A DNA stretch of 64,000 bases from contig OZ024749.1 of assembly GCA_964016885.1 (NCBI GenBank), positions 22,320,001-22,384,000 of the forward strand, in the 5' to 3' direction. A program made the translations under genes and the position numbers. Origin of the DNA: Eledone cirrhosa (Eukaryota). Numbering within the stretch: position 1 is the stretch's first letter; every line of letters begins with the position of its first letter. Shown here piece after piece: positions 26,616 through 39,789 of this stretch. Under the pieces are notes generated by a model, which was given only the letters and a program-made list of their open reading frames with translations, made no database searches and was not told the DNA's origin.

Positions 26616-27149
26616 TTTTGTTTGTTGTCGTTGTTATTGTCCCGTTTTTTCGTTGTTGTTGTTGTTGTTGTAGCAATTGTTGCTGTTGTTGTTGTTGTAG
26701 TAGTAGTTGTTGCTGTTAATGTTATTGCTATTGTTGTTGTTGCTGTTGTTGTTGATGTTGTTGTTGTTTTTGTTGTTGCTGTTGTTGTAGTTGTTGCTGT
26801 TATTGTTGCTGTTGTAGTTGTAGTTGTTGTTGCTATTGTTATTGTTACTACGTTTTGGATGATGTTATTTCAATCGTAAACAGCATGGGTTGTTTACGTC
26901 TGCCAGACTGTAATGCTGACTACTGTATATTATATAATTGTTGGTTGTAACTAATATATAAAGTCTGAACTTAAGTATGTAGCCCTGTCATTAATTTAGT
27001 AAGTTATGTATGTGTTGAAATCCTGTTAGAAATCAACTCTGCCTTTCATTAATATCATACAGACAGTGGGGAAAAAAGTGCGGTGATCCCCAACACTTAT
27101 AAAGGGGCAGGTGAATGGAGGTATCTAGCTAAAGCATCACGCAGTGTTC

Positions 27150-27232
27150 TATTGGGTCGTCAAGTATGAAATTTGTAGAAATTTGTTGAAAAGAAACAAA
27201 TTTCTACAAATTCCATACTTGACAACCCAATA
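27150..27232. repeat. Inverted repeat, 38 bp arms with a 7 nt spacer
   Basis: tattgggtcgtcaagtatgaaatttgtagaaatttgtt / aacaaatttctacaaattccatacttgacaacccaata. Confidence 0.85.
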
Positions 27233-27469
27233 CATACAACATGGCTACTGAGTGCAGCGGTCACTTAGTTTTCTCAAGCGCCTATCCAAAGTCTGTGCCT
27301 AGTTTTGCACTCAGATCAAAAAGCTGAGAAATTTATCAGCTTGACATTCGATAGTTATACTCAGACAAATATATGTAATGACGGGTGTTTGCTCATTTGC
27401 CCTAAGATTACCACAGCATTCGTAGTTATCAAATCGTGGCATTACATATTGTTTTAATGTTCACACTGT

Positions 27470-27632
27470 CTAGATATGCCGCGAATTGTCAGAGTATTGA
27501 GAACGTCAGTAGACAGTAGAATGCTTTATGGTATTCACTCCGGCTCTTTGAGTTCAAATCCCGCCGAGGTCAACTTTGCCTTTCATCCTTTCGAGGTCGA
27601 TAAAAAAGTACCAGTCTAGTACTGGGGTCGGT
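27470..27632 (+). mobile_element. Older SINE family A variant
   Basis: gagttcaaatcccgccgaggtcaactttgcctttcatcctttcgaggtcgataaaa..gtaccagt. Confidence 0.75.
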
Positions 27633-27884
27633 TCTTCATTTATGTCTCTTTCTCATTTCATCTCTTTCACTTTCTATATCTTTCTCTGTAAGAAATCAGC
27701 TGTACCCAAGACTGAAGAGGGATGGGCTCTGCTAGGCTTTAAATGCCCGAGAGACGCCGTATGCCAATACGGCACCCCTACGACTCTATCAGGAGCTACG
27801 GGACCATACATACATGCTGTCCACATATTGTGCTGTGTCTGGTTCACCTTTTCTTGCTCACATTTCTCAATACTAGGTATTTAT

Positions 27885-28190
27885 ACTTGAGCTTACAATC
27901 GTAAGGTTGGGAATTCGATTCCAGGATGCACGTTGTTTCCTTGAGCAAGACCCTTTATTTCACGTTGCTGCAGTCCACTCAGCTATCAAAAATGAGTTGT
28001 ACCTGTAGTTTGAAGAGCCAGCCTTGTTATATTCTTTGTCATGCTGAATCTCCCTGAGAACTACGATAATTGTACGCGTGTCTGTAGAATGCTCAGCCAC
28101 TTGGAAGTTAAATTCACCAGCAAGCTGTTCTGTTGATCAGATAAACTGGAATACTAGTCGTCTTAACCGACGGAGAGCCTCAGTATTTAT
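27885..28190 (+). mobile_element. tRNA-derived SINE family B-like copy
   Basis: B-box-like attcgattcc, then tccttgagcaagaccctttatttcacgttgct. Confidence 0.65.
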
Positions 28191-29274
28191 GTTATCATGT
28201 TATTATGTATTTAAGTTATATGTAAAGCGTGTGTGTATGGCTATAAAAGTAAGCTCTTTATGAAGAATGTGCTTATGTAATTATATGTATATGTAAATAA
28301 TATATGTGTGAGGAATGTGGCTATGTTTTTAATGTGGCTGTGTGTTAATGTGGCTATGTAATTGTCTGTGTGGTTGTGTGTGAATGTATCTATGTAATTA
28401 TATTTTGACATTATACTATGTATGGTGTGAGTGTGTGGTTGTGTGTTTATGTGTTAATGTGTCTATGTAATTATGTAATGTGGTTGTGTAGTTGAGTCTA
28501 GATAATTATGTGTTAACATCATACTATGTATGGTGTGTGTGTGTATGTGTAGTTGTGTGTTAATGTGTCTATGTAATTATATTTTAACATTATACTATAT
28601 ATGGTGTGAGTGTGTGGTTGTGTGTTTATGTGGTTGTGTGTGTGTGTGTAGTTGTGTGTGTGTATGTGTAGTTGTGTCTCTGTGCCAATGTGTTTATGTA
28701 GGTTGACATGTACATCAGACGTCGTAAAAACAATATCAAAATATCCTGGGTGTCAACATTTATACACGCGCTGCGACCACCCATCACACCTCCACCACCC
28801 GCATCTCCACTCCACCACCCCATCTCCCCTCCACCCCCGCATCTCCCCTCCACCATCTCACCTCCACCATCATCTCACCTCCTCCCATCTCACCTCCACC
28901 ACCCCATCTCACCCACCCCCATCTCATCTCCACCCCCCATCTCACCTCCACCACCCCCATCTCACCTCCACCATTGTATATATACACTATATATACACAA
29001 TATATTACACTGTATATATACACTGCACATACGCAATATATACACTATATATATATACAATATATATATACACTATACAAACACAATATATACACTATAT
29101 ATATATACATACACTATATATACACAATATGTACATTTACCAATATGTACATTTTGGGCCCTCGGCCCCCTCAGGGCCACGTAATACGCTCAACGCCCCC
29201 AGCCCTATTTCCAGAGGGATCTGCCTACGAGCAAATTGTAAATAATATATAATAAAGCCGTTAATTTATATATA

Positions 29275-29790
29275 AATAATGTTTCTACTTTTGGCACAAG
29301 GCCAGCAATTATCCCAGCGCATTACTGGTACTTTATTTTATCGACCCCGTAAGTATGAAAGGCAAAGTTAATTCAGAACATAAAGGGCCATAACTCTATG
29401 CTGCGAAGCATGGTGCCTGACGCTCTACCGATAGTGCCAAACCAGCAAATAATATAATATATACTATGTATAAATAAATATTATGTATTTTTTATTTTAT
29501 TATAATTATATATAATAGTTTCTTATATAGGCACAAGGCCAGCAATTTTGGCTGAGGGGAAAGTCGATTAAATCGACCGCAGTGCATTACTGATACTTTA
29601 TTTTATCGACCCCGTAAGGATGAAAGGCAAAGTTAACTCAGAACGTAAAGGGCCATACCTCTATGCTGCAAAGCATGGTGCCTGATGCTCTACTGCCAAA
29701 CAAGCAAATAATATAATATATAATATGTATAAATAAATAATATATATTTGTTTATTTTACTATATTTATATATAATATGTATCATTTGAT
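29275..29790 (-). mobile_element. Two SINE family A copies with duplicated AT-rich flank
   Basis: Copies at 29275-29447 and 29512-29705 share the same B-box deletion and similar flanking sequence. Confidence 0.75.
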
Positions 29791-30355
29791 ATTTAATATA
29801 CTATTATATCATCTCTACCGCCCACTGGACCTTCTCAACGCCCATCCCCCGGGGTGGTAGCGCCCAATTTGACAACCTCTGATCTAATATTATAGAAATA
29901 TGTGTGTACGTGCGTGTACGAATGAGCATGTGTATATGGGTGTGACTGAATATGTATGAGTGTCTGTATATATCCGTACTATTTCTAGCTGGTGTGTACA
30001 GCAACTGTGATAGAAGCTACTTCATATAGACAGGAGGACTGGATGATATGTGGAGTGACATGACAAATATACATACGAATACATGCATTGATATGAAAAA
30101 ACAACGAAACATGAAGAAACTAACGCAGAAAAACAACTCCATCGCCAATAGCGTCAAAGTTAGATTCAATCCTACGGTCACCAAGCAGACACCTTAACCA
30201 CCAAGCCACCAGTAGGTGTTCACTATGTATTAACTAAATATAACTGAATTATCCACAACACTTCAATAGAAACCATTCCGTGGATATATCGTACAAAAGG
30301 AATCGTTACATTTTATGTCTTATATTTATTTTCTGTATATTAATTTTGTCTTATG

Positions 30356-30472
<117 letters not shown>

Positions 30473-30858
30473 CAGACTGTGTGTATATACACACATATAT
30501 ATATATATTTATATAGATTATATGTATATGTATATATATGCGTGTGTATATGTGTGTGTGTGTGTGTGTGTATATAAAACTATACACATACATATATATT
30601 ATATATGTATATATATATACATACATGTATATATATTATATATATTATATATACATACATATATATATTATATATATTATATATACATACATATATATAT
30701 TATATATATATTATATATATATTATATATATATATTATATATATATATATATATATTATATATATTACATATATATATATTATATATAATACATATATAT
30801 ATATATATTATATATATTATATATATATATATACTATATATACATTATATATACATAC

Positions 30859-30927
<69 letters not shown>

Positions 30928-31094
30928 TATATATTCTTAGCGTCTAATTGAAAGTTCTGTTACTCTCATATGGAAGACCATTGTGGTAAAGAACGGGTGA
31001 AAAGAGATATAAAAATAGCGAAAGAATGAAAAAATATGGATAAAGAAAAAAATGAAATGAAATGTCTAATAATAACAACAACAACAACAACAAC

Positions 31095-31129
<35 letters not shown>

Positions 31130-31419
31130 TGATAATAAAAACAATAATAATAATCAACATTGAATGGTAAAAAAAAGTGTAAAAAAATGAAATGATATAT
31201 AAATAAAATAATAATAACAATAATATTTTTAGAAAGCAGCAGAGAAAGAAAGGAAGGATGAAAAGAAGGAAGAAAAGGTAAGGAATTTGAGAGAATTTGG
31301 TAAATGAAAGAGTTTTGGAGGAAGATATTGGAATAACTGAAATAGTTTTGGTATTCTCCTTGCAATTCTTTCTACAGAAGAAAGAATTAATTTTACCCTG
31401 AATGATAATAACAATAGCA

Positions 31420-32045
31420 GTGATGATGGTGATGGTGATGGTGATGGTAATGGTGATGGTGATGGTGATGGTGGTGGTGGTGGTGGTGGTGATGGTGGTG
31501 ATGGTGGTGGTGGGGATGGTGTTGATAATGGTGGTGGTGGTGATGGTGGTAGTGGTGGTGGTGGTGATGATGGTGGTGGTGGTGGTGGGGATGGTGTTGA
31601 TAATGGTGGTGGTGGTGATGGTGGTAGTGGTGGTGGTAATGATGGTGGTGGTGGGGATTGTGTTGATAATGGTGGTGGTGATGGTGGTAGTGGTGGTGGT
31701 GGTGGTGGTGGCAGTGGTGATGGTGGTGGTGGGGATGGTGTTGATAATAGTGGTGGTGGTGATGGTGGTAGTGATGGTGGTGATGGTGATGATGGTGGTG
31801 GTGGGGATGGTGTTGATAATGGTGGTGGTGTTGATGGTGGTAGTGGTGGTGGTGGTGGTGCTGGGGATGGTGATGATAGTGGTGGAGGTGGTGGTGATGG
31901 TGTTGATAATGGTGATGGTGGTGATGGTGGTAGTGATGGTGGTGGTGATGGTGGTGATGGTGGTGGTGGTGGTGGTGGGGATGTTGTTGATAATGGTGGT
32001 GGTGGTCATGGTGGTAGTGGCGATGGTGGTGATGGTGTTGGTGGT
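31420..32045. repeat. (GGT/GAT)n minisatellite
   Basis: Recurring ggggatggtgttgataatggtggtgg unit. Confidence 0.9.
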
Positions 32046-32512
32046 TAAGTTAGTGATGGAGGTGGTGAAGGTGGTGGCGGCGTTTGAGATTGAGCTGATG
32101 ATGATGATGATGATGATGTTGACAATAACAATAATAATAATAGTAATAATAATGATAATAATAATAATAATAATAATAATGGTGGAGATAATAACAATAA
32201 TAATGGCCGCGTTGGTGGCGGCGGCGATAATAATAATAATGTTAACAACGACAGCGATGATGATAAAAATAATAATCGAAGCCTTTTCAATGAAAACAGT
32301 AATATCGATTTCTTAACAATTCTTCTGAACAGACAAAAGAGGTCCATTGGCAGATGTTTATTGGAATGGACGAAGAAAGATGCCTACCACGAACACGTGT
32401 TTTATCAATGAGATGTATATATACTATATATACATATAATTATTTATGTATGTGCAGCTATATCTATATTTGTTTCTCTATCAATCGATCTACCCCCCCT
32501 CTCTCTCTCTCT

Positions 32513-32569
<57 letters not shown>

Positions 32570-32617
32570 GACCTATGCATATACATATACTTGTATATAT
32601 ATTATATATATATATAT

Positions 32618-32668
<51 letters not shown>

Positions 32669-33309
32669 AACACACACATACATAAATCATTAATTCATGT
32701 ATACAAAAATATACACAAACATGCTGACGCACACATATATAAACACATATATATACATAGACATACACGCCAATACATATATACACACATATACATACAC
32801 ACATATACATACACCCACACACACACACATACACTCACATACACACATACATACACACACACCCACACACATATACATACATACATATTTATATATATAT
32901 ATAAATATATATATATATATTTGTATTATATTAGGTGATTAGTGATGTAAAAGGAAACGGCAATTGAAATCATCTTGTAGTAGTTGTTACACTAGCCCTC
33001 TACCAATTGGCCAGTCTGACTCCATCCCACACCAGAGCTCATCATTCTCCATCATCAATATACACTTGACGGATTTTCCCTACATTTCTATCTATTGATT
33101 ACCTTTGACATGATAAAAGGCCAAATGACGTTTGGTTGGCAGCAACCAAAATAGAAATGGACTATAATGGATTTATATTACGATTAATATGAATTGGTTT
33201 ATAAGAACGGCCTGCTCTTAGGACAAGAACCCGGTTTAAAGCTATTAATATACACTTCATCGCCCATCACATCAGCGACAACAACGACAGCCGTAAAACA
33301 ACAGCATTA

Positions 33310-33512
33310 ATAGTTTCTGATTTAGGCACAAGGCCAAAGATTTTGTGGCGGGAGAGAGAGTAATGGTGATTTAATCGATTCCAGTGAATTACTGGTAATT
33401 TATTTTATCGAAAGGCAAAACTAGTGCTAATCTCCGTGGAATTTGAACTCTTAACATAAAGGGGTGTAACTATATTCCAACGCTCTATCGATACTGCCAA
33501 TCCACCGCCCTT
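33310..33512 (-). mobile_element. SINE family A
   Basis: gggcggtggattggcagtatcg..gagttcaaattcc on the minus strand. Confidence 0.8.
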
Positions 33513-33879
33513 AATATCAACAAGAACAACAATAACAATATCAACATAGATTCAAATGATTTCCGTTTTATTCACGTACCAACTCAAGATAGCCAATTTG
33601 TGCTAGAAACAGAGCTCAAAACCGTCTCCAAACCATATCATATCGGTTACAATGGAAAATATAGAAAGCATTGGAGAATGTTGTTTTGTTTTTGGCATGG
33701 ATTATCGGCAGGATGGATCACGAGCCATCTCTAAACTAATCGATCGAATCAAGAAAATAAGTTCCCAGACATGCTTCGTTTATCGAGTAAAGTGGAACTC
33801 GTTAAATCGGACCAAAGAAACAATGTTTCCATTGATCTTTCCATTGATGATACATTCTACCTGTCACAACTCCTGACAG

Positions 33880-34005
33880 AAAGAGCAGCGTGAAATGAAG
33901 TGTCTTGCTCAAGGACATAATGCATCGCCCGGTCACAGTTTCAAACTCGCAACCTCACAACCGGGAATCCAATTCTGTAACTAATAAGCCACACACTTTC
34001 TACGC
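33880..34005 (-). mobile_element. SINE family B fragment
   Basis: gtgtggcttattag..gagtttgaaac..tgtccttgagcaagacacttcatttcacgctgctc. Confidence 0.7.
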
Positions 34006-34468
34006 TAAACAATAATATAAACAACAACAACATCAACAAGAACAACAATGACAAAAACAAGAACAACAACAGCTTATTGTCAATAGCCAGAACACGAGAG
34101 AATATTTTCTGTATTTGCAACCCCAGCAGAAGTAAGGAGCCAGGTTAAACATAAACAGCGGATCTGTCGGAAGTTTATGGAGCATCATTCGGTAGCCAAG
34201 ACTAACCGGAAGTACGAATAAAGCGATGAATACCTGATAAAGACTAAATGCGAAAGTTTATTTTGCAGCTGTCATCCACACATCCTGCCTGGCATTTCCC
34301 CACCAATCCAGCTAACAAGCAGCCAAAATGTCTGCCAGCCTATCTCTCTGTCAGTTGTCCTGTCAGACTGCACCAAGGCAATCATCCATCTAGCGATCTC
34401 TATATGAGGATTGTGCACAGACAAGAAAATGATGCTCCAAATAACGAAACGCGGCAAACTATATATAC

Positions 34469-34603
<135 letters not shown>

Positions 34604-34797
34604 TGTGTGTGTGTGTCTGTCTGTCTGTCTGTGTGTGTGTGTATGTCTGTCTGTGTGTGTGTAAAATTAGAATATTATCTTAATATTCGGCAAGGCCAGC
34701 CGTAACTCGCCCGGTATGCAAATGAGTCTACTCAGCCGATGTGTACTTAAGAAAATACTATATATTTTCAACTTTTCAACAGATTTACAGAAGTATA

Positions 34798-34838
34798 CAG
34801 TCCTGATGAAGGGTAATGACCCAGAAACATGTTGATTG
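34798..34838 (+). ncRNA. Minimal type I hammerhead ribozyme
   Basis: CAGTC-CTGATGA-A-GGGT(AATG)ACCC-A-GAAA-CATG-TT-GATTG, with palindromic stem III AACATGTT. Confidence 0.85.
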
Positions 34839-34900
34839 TTTCTCAAAGCCAGTGTTGAACAGACAAGTGACGATCGGTCACCGGCACGGCACATCTTCAA

Positions 34901-34976
34901 ATCGGACACATTTGGTTCCAAACGAATCGAAGATTATCATTAATGTTCGATATAGCCCATACGTACATATGTGTAC

Positions 34977-35026
<50 letters not shown>

Positions 35027-35102
35027 GTACACATATGTACGTATGGGCTATATCGAACATTAATGATAATCTTCGATTCGTTTGGAACCAAATGTGTCCG
35101 AT
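34901..35102. repeat. Perfect palindrome: 77 bp arms around a (TA)n centre
   Basis: 34901-34977 is the reverse complement of 35026-35102. Confidence 0.95.
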
Positions 35103-35107
35103 ATATA

Positions 35108-35280
35108 GTTTTAATATAGATGAGATTCTACAGGACTAGAACTGTTTCATTCTTTAGAAATCATCAAAGAATGAAACAGTTCTAGTCCTGTAGAATCTCA
35201 TCTATATTAAAACTTTTATACTCTGCAATGTATTGAGTACCTTACTTACTGTGGTTACCTCCGATTCAACCCGGAACAAC

Positions 35281-35282
<2 letters not shown>
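35108..35282 (+). mobile_element. PLE-type end with 48 bp perfect inverted arms
   Basis: Arms 35108-35155 and 35166-35213. The minus strand across the loop reads TTGATGA-TTTC(TAAA)GAAT-GAAAC..GTC. Confidence 0.75.
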
Positions 35283-35321
<39 letters not shown>

Positions 35322-35463
35322 TAATATTTTATCTTGACTCTGTATTCCGTTTATCTTTCACCGAAAGTGATTCTTCATTGCATCTCATCTTTCCATGATA
35401 TCCGGATTACATTGAGTTCTTCATACGGATTGGACACTACCGTAAACTCTTGGTAGATTTATC

Positions 35464-35541
<78 letters not shown>

Positions 35542-35664
35542 AACGGGTGTATACTTCTTCTTTTCGTATCTTCGAAGCAAGTTGTTATATGACAGTTTCC
35601 CATTTCTTTACACAGTCCTTTGCATTATTATTAAATTATTATTAAAATTAAATTCTTATTAAAA

Positions 35665-35860
35665 GGGCGGTAGATTGGCAGTATCGGTAGAGGGTCGGTC
35701 GCCATGCTTTGACGCATATAGTTACGGCCCTTTCCATTCTGAGTTCAAATCCCGCCGAGGTTAACTTTGCCTTTAATCCTTACGGCGTCGATAAAATAAA
35801 GTACCAGTAATGCACTGGGTAATTTACTGGCCTTGTGCCAAAGGTAGAAACAATTATTAT
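35665..35860 (+). mobile_element. SINE family A, full length
   Basis: A and B boxes, body and (ATT)n tail. Confidence 0.9.
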
Positions 35861-35869
35861 TAAATTCTG

Positions 35870-36085
35870 CGAGATCTTTTAAGCTGCACTGGTAGAAAGC
35901 TAGAGAATGACTCCCCTCCTATTGACATGGGAATCCCCCCTTTCTGAAGCCCTCCCTCCTGGCTCAGAAGCACCATGGGTCCAGTGGAAGACACTCAACC
36001 GCCTGAGAACAAGAATGGGGTGTTCAAAAGCTGGTATGGCAAGATGGAGCTACAAGACCAGCCCAACCATCTGCGAATGCGGAGA

Positions 36086-36088
<3 letters not shown>
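35870..36088 (+). mobile_element. LINE C-terminal fragment (RTE-like)
   Basis: W..WKTLNRLRTRMGCSKAGMARWSY...TICECGE. Confidence 0.7.
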
Positions 36089-36123
<35 letters not shown>

Positions 36124-36202
36124 CCAAAAGTTAAACAAGTTAAACTGCCAAGACTGGAATTGAACCATCAGCACAGTTGAGGTATGTCATACATCAATTT
36201 AT

Positions 36203-36270
36203 GTATTTTATCTGATGAGGACGTACTGAGGAAACAACACAGTCCCTCCGAAATATATATACTAAAATAT
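36203..36270 (+). ncRNA. Type I hammerhead ribozyme motif
   Basis: GTATTTTAT-CTGATGA-GGA..ACTG/CAGT..TCC-GAAA-TATATA-TA-CTAAAATAT. Confidence 0.65.
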
Positions 36271-36434
36271 AAGATATATTTGAATGTCTATATTTATTAA
36301 TATTTTGAATTAAAATATATATACTCGTATATATATATCTTAATATATATATATATATATATATCTTGACGTAATAGTCACTTATATGTCTGAATTAGTG
36401 TTGGCTTCTTGATTACATTAATTTCACTATTTTC

Positions 36435-36513
<79 letters not shown>

Positions 36514-36559
36514 TATATATATATATACGATTGATTATTCCTTCATTGCATTTATTGAT

Positions 36560-36646
36560 AGGTGACGCGCGTTTCGCCACTGATCAGCTCAAGGTTCGAT
36601 CTATATCGATCCTACTCGACTCAATAATCGGCAGCTCGACGGACCC
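36560..36646 (-). ncRNA. Degenerate hammerhead, homolog of the 1328-1406 motif
   Basis: GGGT-CCGTCGA-long stem II-GAAA-CGCGCG-TC-ACCT. Confidence 0.55.
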
Positions 36647-37452
36647 TCTTAAAATGCTATAAGAAAATGGAATACATGCTATGTGGTAAAGTCAGAGTTT
36701 CAAGAGTTTGACAAAATGGGTTGTTTTGATTGGTGGGTAGGATCAAGGCGATGTACTGGCCTGTAGTGTATATGGGGGTGGGTGTGATGGTGAGATGTTG
36801 GTGACAGACTGTGGATGAGGTGGGCTGTGGTGTGGTGGTGGTGGTAGGTTGTCCTTGGCGTGTAGAGATTGTGGGGGTGGATGTGATGATATGGTGGTGG
36901 TTAAGGTTATTTAGTGGGATGGGCTGTGGTATGAGGTTAGTGGATTGTCAGTAGACGGGTTGGCGTGTGGGCGGGGGTGTGGTAGTGGTGCCGTTGTCTA
37001 TGGTAGCGGCGTTTGTGGTGGTATGGTGGATATATTGGTGGCGTCAGGTCCTTACATAGATACATATTTAGACGCTCTTCGTCTGACAGATACCTTGCAT
37101 ATACGTATTCGCACACACATATATATGTATATATATGCAGATATATTGTTGTATAAACGCACACAACATAAAACACATACGCACATCCTTGCCCACACAT
37201 ATCGGCGTACGCTCACACACAGCCATATGTATATGTACACACATGTATGTGTATGCGCGCATGCGGACATGAATATGGAGAGTGGGGGAGTATCGGTGGG
37301 GGTGGCGAACGACAGAGATGGGGGGAAGGCGAGAGGCGATGTAGAAGGTGTTTTACATATATACATACACATACATACACATGGGTATGGGCACATGGAC
37401 TCACACTCATGTATGCAAGATATACACATACACACTCGCACACATGTATACT

Positions 37453-37504
<52 letters not shown>

Positions 37505-38544
37505 TGTACCGACAACACACACATACACGCTCATATACACATACATGCACATATATGAGCTCACCTACACATACAGTCAGATTTACCAATATACATATAT
37601 GTAGACGTACACATACACACACATACATACACATACATATATACACACACATACACATAGGCATACACATACACATATATATATATACAGATATATATAT
37701 ACACACACATAGACATATGCATACACATGTGTCCACATACACATACACACACATACACATACATTTGCGTACACGCACGCACACTTAAAACGCCCGTATG
37801 AGTAAAAATACTTACACACAGACACACACACTATTGTTGGTTGGGGAGTGGAGGTATGTGTTGTCGGTGTTGATGAAGTATGGAGTTGTGTTTTGTGGTG
37901 GTGGTGGTGGAGTTGTGAGGGACAAACATATATATACCGGATCGAATACCGGTTAACAGGTGACATAAGGAACGTGGGGTAAAGCGTTTATGGACGTACA
38001 GCGATGTGTGTTGTGGACATGCTGATGGTGGTGGTGTTGGGGTGATATGTTAGACAAGATGATTACATGATCAGAGGTTACGGTGTGTTATATGGTAGGC
38101 AGACGGGGGGGGGGGGGGGTATATAATAATTCGATTTGGGAGCGAGGGATGATATGTGTTGATGATGTTAATGATAATGATTGTTGAAGTATGTGGATGT
38201 ATTTAGTGGTGGCGGTGGTTGTGTGTGCGTGCGACAGTACAGTTACAGGGTCGAATTTAGCGTGGGGTTGTAGGTTAGGGTAGATAGAGGGAACATGGGG
38301 GGATGAGGTTGTAGGCGTGTATGGTAGGCACATGACGATGTGTGGTGTGGTGGTGGTGGCGATGGTGTGATATGATCGACATTGTATTTACAAGGTCCCT
38401 TGTCATTGTGGATTGCAAGGTAGAACGTATCATAGGATTCCGATTTAATACGATGTTGCAACTATGAGGTGTGTATGTTGATGTAAATTTTGGTGGTGGT
38501 GATGGTGATGTGTGCGGCATGATATATATAGATATATATATATT

Positions 38545-38850
38545 TATATTGGTAAAAGGAAAAGAAAATGCTGACAAATTGTTCCCAGTGAAAAATAGTT
38601 TAATTAGGATTAAGTAAAAATTAGTAATAGTATTGTTTGGTATTCAGTTTTGGTTTTAAGTTTTACCGGTTGCGCATTTCTAATGCTTTTCAAAAATAAT
38701 TTTGAGATAGAGCGCTCGTGATGTTTGCTCTAATCTGATTAGTTTGGGAAATTCTACCTGTTTTATGTAAAAAAAGTGGCTCCAGATGTATGAAAAAATT
38801 CTTGTGGTCAAAACAATTTTGATTGGTCGGTAGAGGTCATGTGAATGTTA
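38545..38850. repeat. Dispersed repeat family (also 45135-45236 inverted, and 61855-62165)
   Basis: Shared attggtaaa..gaaaatgctgacaaattgtt..accggttgcgcatttc..gattggtcggtagaggtcatgtgaat. Confidence 0.85.
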
Positions 38851-39789
38851 ACAATTGATTTTGCGCCAAATGTAGGTTTGTCTCGGCTGATTGAGAAGTC
38901 ACTGAAAAATAAGTCTTTCAAGACAAATATGTGTGTGTGTGTGTGTGTAGTAGTAGTAGTAGTAGTAGTAGTAGTATAGAGGTTCGTTGTTGTGATAATG
39001 GTCAGCAGGGATGTGTGTGCGACCCGCAGCCTGTTGACAGTTCAAATGCCTATTAAGACAAGTGTGTGTGTGTGTGTGTGTAGCAGAGTAATTTGGGGTA
39101 GAGGGATGGTCAGTAGGAATGTGTCTGTACGTGTGTGGGGGATATTTTAACATGTTAAAAGATATTTTTCAGCTCTTGTCTTATACGGAGAAGTGTATGT
39201 GTGTGTGTGTGTGTGTATATGTCTCTTCGTATGTTAATGTACGCGTGTGTATGTGTGAGTGTATATATGTGTGTGTGTGTGTGTGTGTATATATATGTGT
39301 GTGTGTGTGTGAGAGAATGTGTGTGTGTGTGTGGGTGGACCAGTATTTGTGTGATACTGGTAAAAATGGTGTACATTATTCGATATTTTCAGTAAAAACG
39401 ATTCTCTCAATAGAACATCAAAAACCTTAATAATAAAAGGAGTGAAATGATATATAGTATTGGCATAATACCAAGGTGTGTTTGAGTGTCCAGATTGTAC
39501 GTACTTCAAAGGGAATCCATTAGGCCTTGCCGTATTGGAATACTTGTGTACAAATATGTATGTGCCCATCAGTGTGCAATGCATGTGTGCGTATAGGTAT
39601 GTGTGTGTGTCGGCACGTTTATATCTATAGACATCAAAAGGTATGCAAATTTGTGTATATTTGTGTTGCACCATAGAACATGTGTGTTTACGTATGTCAT
39701 TGTGTTTATATGTGGATAGAGATGTATGTAGGATGTATGCTGATGTAGGTATGTATGTTGACGTGTGTATGTTGTGGGTTTGTCTTAGG

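Noticed and set aside
31270-31400. Possible minus-strand exon after ttcattcag
   Set aside because: Two frames are open, with no recognisable protein and no partner exons.
32094-32411. Open frame ending [27 protein letters not shown] with a furin-like RQKR
   Set aside because: No start codon or convincing splice acceptor, and the upstream part is microsatellite. It cannot be called an exon without transcripts.
35665-35760. tRNA-like A and B boxes
   Set aside because: Heads of multi-copy SINEs, with no full cloverleaf; not tRNA genes.
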